Shown piece after piece: positions 10,033 to 18,434 of a stretch of 64,000 bases of DNA. The notes under the pieces were generated by a model that did not search any database, was not told the DNA's origin, and saw only the letters and a program-made list of their open reading frames with translations. This stretch comes from Gemmatimonadota bacterium (lineage in GTDB: Bacteria; Latescibacterota; UBA2968; GCA-2709665). Where the stretch lies: NCBI GenBank assembly GCA_028874335.1, contig JAPPJY010000058.1:59309-123308 (forward strand), written 5' to 3'. Made by a program: the position numbers and the translations under genes. Within the stretch, counting starts at the first letter, position 1, and the number at the start of each line of letters is the position of its first letter.

Positions 10033-10418
10033 CCCATGACTTCCCCACCATGCAGGAAGTCATCGTCCTGCACGACGTCCTGATCAACACGTTTGGCGGG
10101 GCACCGGGAATACGTGATGAAGGCGCGCTCGCGTCGGCGCTCATGCGTCCGCAGCTTGGATATTACGAGGGTCTGATCGACCAGGCCGCCGCCCTCATGG
10201 AGAGCCTCGCCAACAACCATCCGTTTATAGACGGCAACAAACGGGCGGCCTTTTTCGTCACCGACACGTTCCTGCGTCTGAACGGCCACTTTATCGACTG
10301 TGACGACGATGAGGCATACGCGTTCATCGTTGGGAACCTGGAAGCCGGGTCATTCCGGTTCGCCGGGTTGAAGGCGTGGCTTCAGGATAAGATCGCAACC
10401 CTGCCGGGTGTTCGATAG
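10029..10418 (+). CDS. doc: Doc (death-on-curing) Fic-domain toxin
   Basis: 129 aa with the Fic/Doc motif HPFIDGNKRAAF. Confidence 0.85.
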   Translation: MTHDFPTMQEVIVLHDVLINTFGGAPGIRDEGALASALMRPQLGYYEGLIDQAAALMESLANNHPFIDGNKRAAFFVTDTFLRLNGHFIDCDDDEAYAFIVGNLEAGSFRFAGLKAWLQDKIATLPGVR

Positions 10419-10534
10419 CCTCTGAGAACACGACACGATGTTACTGTCTGTCTGTTCCATGCGGGAATCGGGCGAAGATCGGCAGGGACCGTGGAACCCT
10501 TCAGTTTCCCGGTAAACCGTCAGGGAGAATCAGG

Positions 10535-11824
10535 ATGCTATACAGGTCGGCTCGAACCGACGCGCAGATCGAGGCCACCTTCCAGGAGGCCGCCGAGAAG
10601 TATGCCGTCTTTGGCGTGAACGCGCACGAAGCCGTGGAGAAAGCCGCGGACGTGCCTATATCGCTTCACTGCTGGCAGGCCGACGACGTGGCGGGGCTTG
10701 AAGTCAGGGACGAAGCCGTGGAGGGCGGCGGCATCATGGCCACCGGGAACTATCCGGGCCGGGCGCGAAACGGGGATGAACTGCGCGCCGACCTGAAGCA
10801 GGCGATCAACCTGTTGCCGGGGAGGCACCGCGCGAACGTCCACGCCTCCTACGGCGACACGGGCGGCAAAGTCGTGGACCGGGACCGCCTGGAACCGGAA
10901 CACTTCGCCGGCTGGATATCGTGGGCGAAGGAAAACGGAATCGGGCTGGACTTCAACCCCACGTATTTCGCCCATCCGAAGGCGAACGATGGGTACACCC
11001 TGGCCCATCCTGACGGGGAAACCCGGGCTTTCTGGATCCGCCACGGCGTGGCCAGCCGGCGAATTGCTGAAGCCATGGGCGCTGCCCTGGACGACGTGTG
11101 CGTGAACAACCACTGGATTCCCGACGGCGCCAAGGACCATCCCGCGGACCGATTCGGACCCCGTGAACGCCTGGTGGAATCCCTGGACGCCGTCCTGGAT
11201 CTCACGCTGGGCATCGGACCGGCCTGCGTGGACGCCGTTGAGGGCAAGCTCTTCGGCCTGGGCGTGGAAGACTATACTGCGGGCTCCAACGACTTCTACG
11301 CGAACTACGCCCTGTCACGGGGCGTGGTCCTCTGCCTGGACATGGGCCACTTTCATCCGACTGAATCCATCGCGGACAAGATCCCCGCACACCTGCCGTT
11401 CCACGACAGGCTGCTCATCCACACCAGCCGGCCCATCCGCTGGGATTCGGACCACGTCGTACTCTTCGGCGACGACGTGCGAAACGTCTTCCTGGAAATC
11501 GTCCGGTGCGACGCCCTGGACCGCGTGTACGTGGCCCTGGACTTCTTCGACGCCAGCATCAACCGCATCGGCGCCTACGTGATCGGCGCCCGCGCGACGC
11601 GAAAAGCCATCCTCTACGCGCTGCTGGATCCCACCCGGCAACTGAAGGGGCTGGAACGGGAGGGCAAACTGGCGCAGAAACTCGCCCTGATGGAAGACAT
11701 GAAGACGATGCCCTTTTCCGCCGTCTGGGACATGATCTGCCTGAAAACCGGTGTCCCCCCCGGCGCTGCCTGGATTCCGGATATGGAAGCCTACGAGAAC
11801 CAGGTCCTGTCAAACCGGACATAA
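10535..11824 (+). CDS. rhaA: L-rhamnose isomerase
   Basis: 429 aa. ISLHCWQADDVAGLE...GGGIMATGNYPGRARNGDELRADLKQAINLLPG closely parallels E. coli RhaA (SMHCWQGDDVSGFE...[23 protein letters not shown]). Confidence 0.85.
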   Translation: MLYRSARTDAQIEATFQEAAEKYAVFGVNAHEAVEKAADVPISLHCWQADDVAGLEVRDEAVEGGGIMATGNYPGRARNGDELRADLKQAINLLPGRHRANVHASYGDTGGKVVDRDRLEPEHFAGWISWAKENGIGLDFNPTYFAHPKANDGYTLAHPDGETRAFWIRHGVASRRIAEAMGAALDDVCVNNHWIPDGAKDHPADRFGPRERLVESLDAVLDLTLGIGPACVDAVEGKLFGLGVEDYTAGSNDFYANYALSRGVVLCLDMGHFHPTESIADKIPAHLPFHDRLLIHTSRPIRWDSDHVVLFGDDVRNVFLEIVRCDALDRVYVALDFFDASINRIGAYVIGARATRKAILYALLDPTRQLKGLEREGKLAQKLALMEDMKTMPFSAVWDMICLKTGVPPGAAWIPDMEAYENQVLSNRT

Positions 11825-11826
11825 AG

Positions 11827-11875
11827 AAAACCGCGGAACGAGGTGGGAAGATCCACCCAATTCCGCGGTTTTCGT
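11827..11875 (+). terminator. Rho-independent terminator-like hairpin after rhaA
   Basis: aaaaccgcggaa...ttccgcggtttt, a perfect 11-12 bp stem followed by a T-run, directly after the rhaA stop. Confidence 0.6.
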
Positions 11876-11987
11876 TGGCTGCAATCCTCCCACCTGCCCT
11901 ACGATACCTATATCTGAATCCCTCACTCGGTCGTACGTTTAGTTCATGCCCGCATCTAAAACGAGAATCAAAGGTCGTTAGCGCTGG

Positions 11988-12068
11988 TTACGTACCTGCG
12001 GGCTCATAGGCAAGGCCGAATACTGTATCGGTCATTCGGCACCTGAAGTCGTTGCTGAGCGAGTATGC
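11988..12068 (-). pseudogene. Relic 3' end of an hsdR gene
   Basis: Translates ...LSNDFRCRMTDTVFGLAYEPAGT*. The live HsdR C-terminus is ...DKDFKRWMADTVFGLAYDPVGT* at 12807-12887. There is no upstream hsdR body. Confidence 0.7.
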
Positions 12069-12253
12069 AAACGGGCGGCACGGAACCAGATGTCGAGTAT
12101 TCGCCCTTCGGTCGCGATTGCATGTAGTCGTGATATCCCCTGGCCCGGCGACTCGACTCTGTCCATTAGAGAACTGAAGGACCAAGCTCTGCCGCTCCGA
12201 TGACGTTGAGGACCTCCCGCATCGCGCAGCTGAATTCCGCCAGGCACCTATCG

Positions 12254-12475
12254 TCAAACCGTAACGGTGTAGTGGTTCACCACAACCGATGTCGACTTCA
12301 AATCACCATCCCGCTCAAGTTCGTCTAGATACAACCTGATCGCTTCGGCAACGAGGTCACGCACCTCATCCTCCGTTGCACCCGCCACGCCGATCCCCGG
12401 AAGTTCCGGTACATACGCCCCGTACGAGCCGGGGCCGTAATTCTCTACTATGACAAGATACTCAGTCTGTGCCAT
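12254..12475 (-). CDS. hicB: HicB-family antitoxin (UPF0150 fold)
   Basis: MAQTEYLVIVENYGPGSYGAYVPELPGIGVAGATEDEVRDLVAEAIRLYLDEL. Overlaps the hicA stop. Confidence 0.8.
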   Translation of the reverse strand: MAQTEYLVIVENYGPGSYGAYVPELPGIGVAGATEDEVRDLVAEAIRLYLDELERDGDLKSTSVVVNHYTVTV

Positions 12476-12680
12476 CTTCATCCCCGATGTCAATTTCTTT
12501 CAATCCAGCCTGTTTGAGTATCTGGCTCAATGTACCAGCCTTGATGTCCGCGTTGCGATTTCCAGCTACCACGACGATGCCGCGCTTGGTCGAATGACGC
12601 ATCACCCGGTGGCTCCCGCGACGGCGCACTTCGTGCCATCCGTCCTTTCGCAATTCTCTCAATAGTTCCCGAATCTTCAT
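12462..12680 (-). CDS. hicA: HicA-family mRNA interferase toxin
   Basis: MKIRELLRELRKDGWHEVRRRGSHRVMRH...IKAGTLSQILKQAGL is a canonical HicA/YcfA pattern. Confidence 0.85.
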   Translation of the reverse strand: MKIRELLRELRKDGWHEVRRRGSHRVMRHSTKRGIVVVAGNRNADIKAGTLSQILKQAGLKEIDIGDEDGTD

Positions 12681-12806
12681 GCGGCAATTTCACGGCAGTC
12701 GGTTCGAATGCGAATTACATTACCTGTGAACTGTGTGTACAGGATTTTCCCGATGGGTTCGGTCGGAATTAAGCCACAGAATGAGCACACAACTGCCTGA
12801 CCGACG

Positions 12807-15800
12807 TTACGTGCCAACCGGATCGTACGCAAGGCCGAACACTGTATCAGCCATCCAGCGCTTGAAGTCCTTGTCGTCCATATATCGCTTGAACAGTTCG
12901 GTGTCATCCTTCATCACTCCGGTCATCACGCGCAGCAGCGCCTTGTCGTGCTCGATGCGCGCATTCTGCCGATCGGAGTTCACCCGGGCGTTTCGGAACG
13001 CGGTGTCGGCGGCGACGCGGGCCGGAATGGTTTCTGTGATGAGCTGCTTGACGCGGTCTCTATCCTCCCATTCGATATCTCCGAAATGTTCGTTGAATAC
13101 GCGAAGTATGTTTGAGAGTCGGTCCAATTCCAGCTCCTGTTGATGCCCTCCCCCTGAACCCGGTACCGGATCGATCTCGGCATCTTCGTCCTCTAACAGG
13201 ATCTTTTGCATCGCCCGCTTCTCCACCCGGTAGCTGTCCAGGTCGATCGCATCGAGGATTCCCTTGGAAAGATCCTCTTCCTCGGGCGCCGGCAATTTCG
13301 GCACCAGGAAATTCAGGAAAATCGAACGCTTTTCCCATTCGGCAACATTGTACGGAAGGACGGATGAGAGAAAGGCGTACGTTCGCACGAATGCTTTGGC
13401 GTTGCCCTTGAATGCGACCTGGCCGTCTTCGTCCAGGTCGTGTCGATAGACCGCGACACAAACGTCCAGGATCGGATCGAGCAGGTCGCGTTCCACCCCA
13501 TCCAGATAGAGCCGCACAAATTCGTCGATCTGCGTTTCGGAATAGACCTGGGCGCCGTCCAGCTCGGCCTGCAGGTCGTGCAGCTTGTTCGGGTCGGTTT
13601 CGTCGGCCAGAATCGTCGTCTTGTAGAAGTCAGAAAACGCATCTTGAATCGTATCGGTGTCGTTGAGAAAGTCGAAAACGAACACGTCGTGTTTCTTCGG
13701 GTGGGCCCGGTTGAGGCGAGACAGCGTCTGCACGGCCTTGATGCCGGACAGCGTCTTGTCGACGTACATGGTGTGCAGCAGGGGCTCATCGTAGCCGGTC
13801 TGAAATTTGTCCGCGCACACCAGAAACCTGTACGGATCCTCCTGAAATCGCCTGGCGATCTGGGCCGAAGGCAGGCCGGTCAGTGACGCCTCGCTTACCC
13901 TGCCGCCGCCGAAATCATGTTCGCCGGAGAACGCGACCAGCGCCTCAAATTGGCTCTTGCGCTCCTTGAGATACTCGCGGATGGCATGATAGTACTGAAT
14001 CGCGCGCTCGATGCCGTTCGTGACCACCATCGCCCGCGCCGCGCCGCCGATCTTGCCCTGCTTCAGCACCTGGTCGTGGAAGTGGTCGACCATGATCTCG
14101 GCCTTCAGACGGATCGCGTGCCCACTGCCCTCCACGAAGCGACGCAGCTTCTTCTGCGCCTTCCGAGCGTCGAATTCGGGGTCGCCTTCGACCGTCTTCG
14201 CCAGCTTGTAGTAACTCGCCACAGGCGTATAGTGCGACAGTACGTCCAGGATGAATCCTTCCTGGATCGCCTGCTTCATGGTGTAGCTGTGGAAGGCGCG
14301 ATGCCGCACCGTACCGTCAGGCTGCGACTCCGGAGCGCCGAAGATCTCGAGCGTTTTATTCTTCGGCGTGGCGGTAAACGCGAAGTAGCTGGCGTTCGGC
14401 AGGAGCTTTCGCGACTCCATCAGACGGTTGATCCGGTCCTCAAACGTATCCTGATCGTCCTCTTCGCCCGCCTCCGACAGCGCCTGAGCCATCGCCGCGC
14501 TGGTGCGCCCCCCCTGGCTCGAGTGGGCTTCGTCGATGATGATGGCGAAGCGCTTCCCCCGTTGTTCATTGCCAATTTCGTCCAGAATGAACGGAAACTT
14601 CTGGACCGTGGAAATGATGATTTTCTTTCCGCTCTCGATAAACTCGCGCAGATCGCCCGAACGGTCGGCGTGTCCTACCGTGGCCGCCACCTGGGCGTAT
14701 TGCTTGATCGTGTCGCGAATCTGGCGGTCCAGGATGACCCGATCCGTGACGACGATGATCGAGTCGAAGACCGGAGCGTCGTCCTTCTCCAGCCCGATCA
14801 ACTGGTGCGCGAGCCAGGCGATGGAGTTGCTCTTGCCGCTGCCGGCTGAGTGCTGGATCAGGTATCGCTGACCGGCGCCGCGGTCGCCCGCGTCGGCCAG
14901 CAGTCGGCGCACCACGTCGAGTTGATGGTAACGCGGCCAGATCTGAGTCTTTCGACTCCTTCCGCTCTTTTCGTCCTTCGACGCCACTACCTGCGCGTAA
15001 TTCTCGAGGATGTTGGTTAGGCTCTCCCGGGTGAGCACTTCGCGCCAGAGATAGGCGATTGAAAGACCGTCCGGATTGGGCGGGTTACCCGCGCCGTCGT
15101 TCCAGCCGCGGTTGAAAGGCAGAAACCAGGAGGCCTTCCCCTTCAGATGCGTACAAAAACGCACCTCGCGTTCGTCCAACGCGAAGTGCGCGATGCAGCG
15201 CCCGAACTCGAACAGCTTCTCACGCGGGTTCCGGTCCTTTTTGTACTGCCAGACCGCATCGTCCACCGTCTGTTTGGTGAGGCTGTTCTTCAACTCGAAC
15301 GTGAACACCGGCAATCCGTTGACGAACAGCCCGATGTCCAGCGCCCGCTGTGCCTCGTCCCGGCTGTAGCGAAGCTGCCGCGTAACGGTAAACCGGTTCA
15401 GCTCGAACAATTCCTGCGCCTGCGGGTTGCCGGCCGAGGGCGTGCCGTAGAACAGCTCCAGGTTCAACGCCCCGTGCTTTATGCCGTTACGCAGCACGTC
15501 GATGGTGCCGCGCTTGCTGATTTCGCCCTGGAGACGGGTCAGAAATGCGCGCCGCACGGGACCGGCCTGACCTGGTAGGGGCGACCGGCCGGTCGCCCGT
15601 GCACCGTTGGTTGCCATTCCAACCGCGTCGGCGGCCTCCGGCTGCGTGGCGCGCAGGAATGCCGACAGTTGCGCCAGATCGACGCAGAACTCACGGTCAT
15701 AGTCGTGGTGATTACCGCAGCTCCAGCCGACACCGCCGTAACCGGCGGGCGGTTCTCCCACGGTGCCCGAAACAGGGGGCTCGCAGCCCTGGCCCGTCAG

Positions 15801-15851
15801 GGCGGCGCAAATCAGGCGTTCAAGCCCGCGTTCAGAGGTATCAGTGTTCAC
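12807..15851 (-). CDS. hsdR: Type I restriction enzyme R subunit
   Basis: 1014 aa with GTG start. Walker A HSAGSGKSNSIAW and DEAH box IIIDEAHSSQGG, with typical HsdR N- and C-terminal regions. It contains an in-frame REP palindrome at 15579-15598. Confidence 0.95.
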   Translation of the reverse strand: MNTDTSERGLERLICAALTGQGCEPPVSGTVGEPPAGYGGVGWSCGNHHDYDREFCVDLAQLSAFLRATQPEAADAVGMATNGARATGRSPLPGQAGPVRRAFLTRLQGEISKRGTIDVLRNGIKHGALNLELFYGTPSAGNPQAQELFELNRFTVTRQLRYSRDEAQRALDIGLFVNGLPVFTFELKNSLTKQTVDDAVWQYKKDRNPREKLFEFGRCIAHFALDEREVRFCTHLKGKASWFLPFNRGWNDGAGNPPNPDGLSIAYLWREVLTRESLTNILENYAQVVASKDEKSGRSRKTQIWPRYHQLDVVRRLLADAGDRGAGQRYLIQHSAGSGKSNSIAWLAHQLIGLEKDDAPVFDSIIVVTDRVILDRQIRDTIKQYAQVAATVGHADRSGDLREFIESGKKIIISTVQKFPFILDEIGNEQRGKRFAIIIDEAHSSQGGRTSAAMAQALSEAGEEDDQDTFEDRINRLMESRKLLPNASYFAFTATPKNKTLEIFGAPESQPDGTVRHRAFHSYTMKQAIQEGFILDVLSHYTPVASYYKLAKTVEGDPEFDARKAQKKLRRFVEGSGHAIRLKAEIMVDHFHDQVLKQGKIGGAARAMVVTNGIERAIQYYHAIREYLKERKSQFEALVAFSGEHDFGGGRVSEASLTGLPSAQIARRFQEDPYRFLVCADKFQTGYDEPLLHTMYVDKTLSGIKAVQTLSRLNRAHPKKHDVFVFDFLNDTDTIQDAFSDFYKTTILADETDPNKLHDLQAELDGAQVYSETQIDEFVRLYLDGVERDLLDPILDVCVAVYRHDLDEDGQVAFKGNAKAFVRTYAFLSSVLPYNVAEWEKRSIFLNFLVPKLPAPEEEDLSKGILDAIDLDSYRVEKRAMQKILLEDEDAEIDPVPGSGGGHQQELELDRLSNILRVFNEHFGDIEWEDRDRVKQLITETIPARVAADTAFRNARVNSDRQNARIEHDKALLRVMTGVMKDDTELFKRYMDDKDFKRWMADTVFGLAYDPVGT
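15579..15598. repeat. REP palindrome copy 1 (inside hsdR, in frame)
   Basis: gggcgaccggccggtcgccc, read as ...GARATGRSPLPG... in the HsdR N-terminal region. Confidence 0.9.
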
Positions 15852-16152
15852 CCTCGGCCTCCGCCCGCGCGCGGGCCCGGTCGTACAGCTCCTCTCGAGA
15901 CAGGTTGTCGGCGGTCCTGAATCCGGGTGAAGTGGTGCGGATTTTATCTGAAACCTCGTTCAACATACTGCGCCGACGCTCGGCCTCTTGCTCCGTGACC
16001 GGCCCGTTGTCCGCTGTGCCGCCTGCGCGGTCCGCTGCAAGACGCCTCAGGTAGTCTCGCACGAGTGCCGATACCGACGTGTCCAATTCTGCCGCACGGA
16101 TACGCGCGAGCCGATGTGTCTCTTCGTCAACGGATACGGTAATATTTCTCAT
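15841..16152 (-). CDS. Ribbon-helix-helix (CopG/VapB-like) protein, full-length copy (RHH-1); overlaps the hsdR start by 11 nt
   Basis: Start set at MRNITVSVDEETHRLARIRAAELDTSVSALVRDYLRRLA. 103 aa. The TGA at 15841-15843 lies inside hsdR codons 1-4. Confidence 0.75.
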   Translation of the reverse strand: MRNITVSVDEETHRLARIRAAELDTSVSALVRDYLRRLAADRAGGTADNGPVTEQEAERRRSMLNEVSDKIRTTSPGFRTADNLSREELYDRARARAEAEGEH

Positions 16153-16367
16153 TGTCACAGCCTCACAGTTTCTGTGTAGCACAGTATCGTCATCAACTGG
16201 CCCACGGACAAGACCTGCGGCTGGGCGGGTTACCATCTTGACGTGGTAAAGGCACCTTCGAAACCTGTCCCCTACAATCGGACCCCGGAGGCGATTGCAG
16301 CGATAGCCGACCAGGGTCGTTCATACAGGACGCACCAGCGCCTTCTCGCTGGTGTCGGTGGTCCGCA

Positions 16368-16703
16368 CTATGCTTCGCCTATCATCGGGATGGGGACTTC
16401 CCGGACTTCTCCAGACTTGATCCCCTCGATAGCAGTCCGAATGGCTTCCGTTCCCTCCATCGGATAAGGCCAAGTGGTGGAGAGCAGTACGATCACGGAC
16501 AGACGCCGATCAGCAAGGTTCTGCTGAAACCTCATACTTTGGTCGGTAGTGACAAGCAGTTCGTAGCCCTCACTGTTCGCAACGTCCAGCAGGTCGCCGT
16601 TGCCAAGCCTGTCCCAACCTCTCTCTTTCGCGGTATCGACCTCGTGACCGTGGAGCTCCCTTCGGAGCGGCGCAGGAGTTCAGTGATCAAACAGTATCTT
16701 CAA
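16368..16703 (-). pseudogene. DUF5615 (PIN-like/Mut7-C-like toxin partner of DUF433) with an in-frame TGA at codon 8
   Basis: Own translation: (TTG)KILFDH*TPAPLRRELHGHEVDTAKERGWDRLGNGDLLDVANSEGYELLVTTDQSMRFQQNLADRRLSVIVLLSTTWPYPMEGTEAIRTAIEGIKSGEVREVPIPMIGEA*. The TGA at 16680-16682 sits where the paralogue at 17641-17802 has Gly (MRILFDNGTP). Confidence 0.7.
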
Positions 16704-16935
16704 GGCTGCTCACCGGCACGGACGCCTTCAGCGAGTCGGCCACGTGCTGGAGGACCGCCCTTACCTTCCACTCATCCTCCATCTGGAACCACTCCATGAA
16801 TTCCTCGACGGTGGCGCCGGCCTCCAGATTCTCGAACAAGGCGGATACAGGCAGTCTGCTGTCGGTGAACACCCAGGCCCCACTCACCCTGCCAGGCACG
16901 CTCTCCACCCCAGGGCACTTCGACCAGTCAATCAT
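16687..16935 (-). CDS. DUF433 domain protein (copy 1)
   Basis: MIDWSKCPGVESVPGRVSGAWVFTDSRLPVSALFENLEAGATVEEF, a DUF433 pattern. Confidence 0.8.
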   Translation of the reverse strand: MIDWSKCPGVESVPGRVSGAWVFTDSRLPVSALFENLEAGATVEEFMEWFQMEDEWKVRAVLQHVADSLKASVPVSSLEDTV

Positions 16936-17002
16936 AATCTCACCTCCGCTGCAACAGTGTGCTCTTCTGTCGATGCTTCGGCGTCAGCCATGCACATTGT
17001 GA

Positions 17003-17251
17003 TCAAACAGGATTTGCGTGCGTGACCCTGGCGACCCTGGCATCAAGTTCTTCCACTACGAATTCCAGAACCGCTCGCACCTTTGCTTCGTCAACCCTGC
17101 CGAACCATTCGATAAAGTCGTGGACCGTTGCGCCTTCCTCAAGGTTGCCGAAAAGGGCCGACACAGGCAGCCGGGTCCCTTTGAACACCCAGGCCCCGCT
17201 CACTTTGCCAGGCACGCTCTCCACCGCGGGACACTTGCTCCAGTCGGTCAT
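17003..17251 (-). CDS. DUF433 domain protein (copy 2)
   Basis: MTDWSKCPAVESVPGKVSGAWVFKGTRLPVSALFGNLEEGATVHDF. It is followed by only a 9-codon DUF5615 stub (QILFDHNVHG*). Confidence 0.8.
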   Translation of the reverse strand: MTDWSKCPAVESVPGKVSGAWVFKGTRLPVSALFGNLEEGATVHDFIEWFGRVDEAKVRAVLEFVVEELDARVARVTHANPV

Positions 17252-17393
17252 TCGGCCACCTCTCTTTCGATTGTGTGCTCTTCCGTCGATTCATCAGCGT
17301 CCGCCAGGCGTCTGTGGGCAAAACGTAAACGTGTCGTCTTTCACCACAACCGAATCCGCCGATGTTGGTAGTGATTTTCTCAATCACCGCGTG

Positions 17394-17585
17394 CTACATC
17401 CCGCGACGGCGTTCGGCTTCCGTCTCAACGTCCTGCCCTTCGGCCGTTGTTCTGCCGACGCCGTCGGCAGCCAGGTTCTTCAGAAAGTCTCGCACGAGTG
17501 CCGATACCGACGTGTCCAACTCTGCCGCACGGATACGCGCAAGCCGATGGGTCTCTTCGTCGACGGATACGGTAATATTTCTCAT
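17394..17585 (-). CDS. RHH protein, truncated paralogue (RHH-2); a TAG replaces a sense codon of RHH-1
   Basis: MRNITVSVDEETHRLARIRAAELDTSVSALVRDFLKNLAADGVGRTTAEGQDVETEAERRRGM*. The sequence after the stop still aligns to the RHH-1 C-terminal half (…IEKITTNIGGFGCGERRHVYVL vs …SDKIRTTSPGFRTADNLSREELY). Confidence 0.6.
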   Translation of the reverse strand: MRNITVSVDEETHRLARIRAAELDTSVSALVRDFLKNLAADGVGRTTAEGQDVETEAERRRGM

Positions 17586-17640
17586 GGTCACAGCCTCACA
17601 TTTTCTGTGTATCACAATATAATCAATAACTTACGGATGG

Positions 17641-17802
17641 TCAATCCCCACGGGCGCGCGCGCGGCCATCCGGATCGGCGGTGTCGATAAATTCTCCGTT
17701 GGCCAACCCGTCCCATCCACGTTCTCTGGCCTCTTCGACGACATGGCCGAAGAGCCGGACGCGCAACTGCCTGGGTGTCCCGTTATCGAACAGGATGCGC
17801 AT
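17641..17802 (-). pseudogene. DUF5615 toxin, 3'-truncated (about 50 of about 111 codons)
   Basis: MRILFDNGTPRQLRVRLFGHVVEEARERGWDGLANGEFIDTADPDG... then diverges and stops. Its start overlaps the DUF433 copy 3 stop. Confidence 0.65.
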
Positions 17803-18025
17803 GAACCACCCTGGTACGGAGTTCCTGTGCCGCATGGTCCAGCACTGCCTTCACCTCCGATTCATCAACACCTCCGAACCACTCGATGAAGTCGTGGATG
17901 GTCGCGCCCGCCGCAAGGTTCTCGAAGAGGACGTACAGCGGCAGCCGGGGCCCTTTGAACACCCAGGCCCCACTCACCTTGCCAGGCACGCTCTCCACCA
18001 CCGGGCATTTCGACCAGTCAATCAT
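17783..18025 (-). CDS. DUF433 domain protein (copy 3)
   Basis: MIDWSKCPVVESVPGKVSGAWVFKGPRLPLYVLFENLAAGATIHDF. Confidence 0.8.
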   Translation of the reverse strand: MIDWSKCPVVESVPGKVSGAWVFKGPRLPLYVLFENLAAGATIHDFIEWFGGVDESEVKAVLDHAAQELRTRVVHAHPVR

Positions 18026-18283
18026 ATGCTTACCTCCGCTGCAACTATGCGCTTTTCTGCAGGTTCATCAACGTCCGTCAGGTGTATGCGATCAAACCGT
18101 AAACGTGTTGTGGTTCACCACAACTGAATCGGCCGCCGTTGGCCGTGATCACACCTGTCCAAACACGGGTTTGATTAACTACGAAAGTCGCGAAATATAT
18201 GGCTGGAAAAATCGTCCATAAACGCGAACCAATGGCAACCTGGTCTCCATTGTCCGGGTCAAACCAGCACATAATCGCCACGA

Positions 18284-18322
18284 GTGTGTCTTCTCGTCGA
18301 CGGATACGGTGATGTTCCTCAC
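18284..18322 (-). pseudogene. RHH gene stub (13 codons, RHH-3)
   Basis: GTG-RNITVSVDEKTH matches the first 13 codons and the upstream leader (cacagaaactgtgaggctgtga) of RHH-1/2, and homology is then lost. Confidence 0.6.
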
Positions 18323-18406
18323 AATCACAGCCTCACAGTTTCTGTGTGACAAAATATACCCATTTGCCGGTCGATGGGCAACAGTTGCGGCGGTGCGGGA
18401 AGCCCG

Positions 18407-18434
18407 GTAGGGGCGACCGGCCGGTCGCCCCTAC
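18407..18434. repeat. REP palindrome copy 2 (28-nt perfect palindrome) overlapping the hsdS stop codon
   Basis: gtaggggcgaccggccggtcgcccctac. The hsdS TAG (18431-18433) lies inside the right arm. Confidence 0.9.

Noticed and set aside
11988-12257. 89-aa minus-strand ORF as a gene
   Set aside because: Only its last about 25 codons are meaningful (the hsdR 3' relic). The rest has no features.
13917-14849. 310-aa plus-strand ORF
   Set aside because: It is antisense to hsdR (Walker A and DEAH motifs on the minus strand). It is a shadow ORF.
16680-16682. The in-frame TGA in DUF5615 as selenocysteine or programmed recoding
   Set aside because: I see no SECIS-like hairpin immediately downstream, and the paralogue has Gly rather than Cys or Sec. 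A simple nonsense mutation is more parsimonious. It is kept only as a low-interest note.
18078-18281. 67-aa ORF between the RHH stub and DUF433-3
   Set aside because: It lies in degraded cassette sequence. Part of it is the out-of-frame remnant of the RHH C-terminal region.
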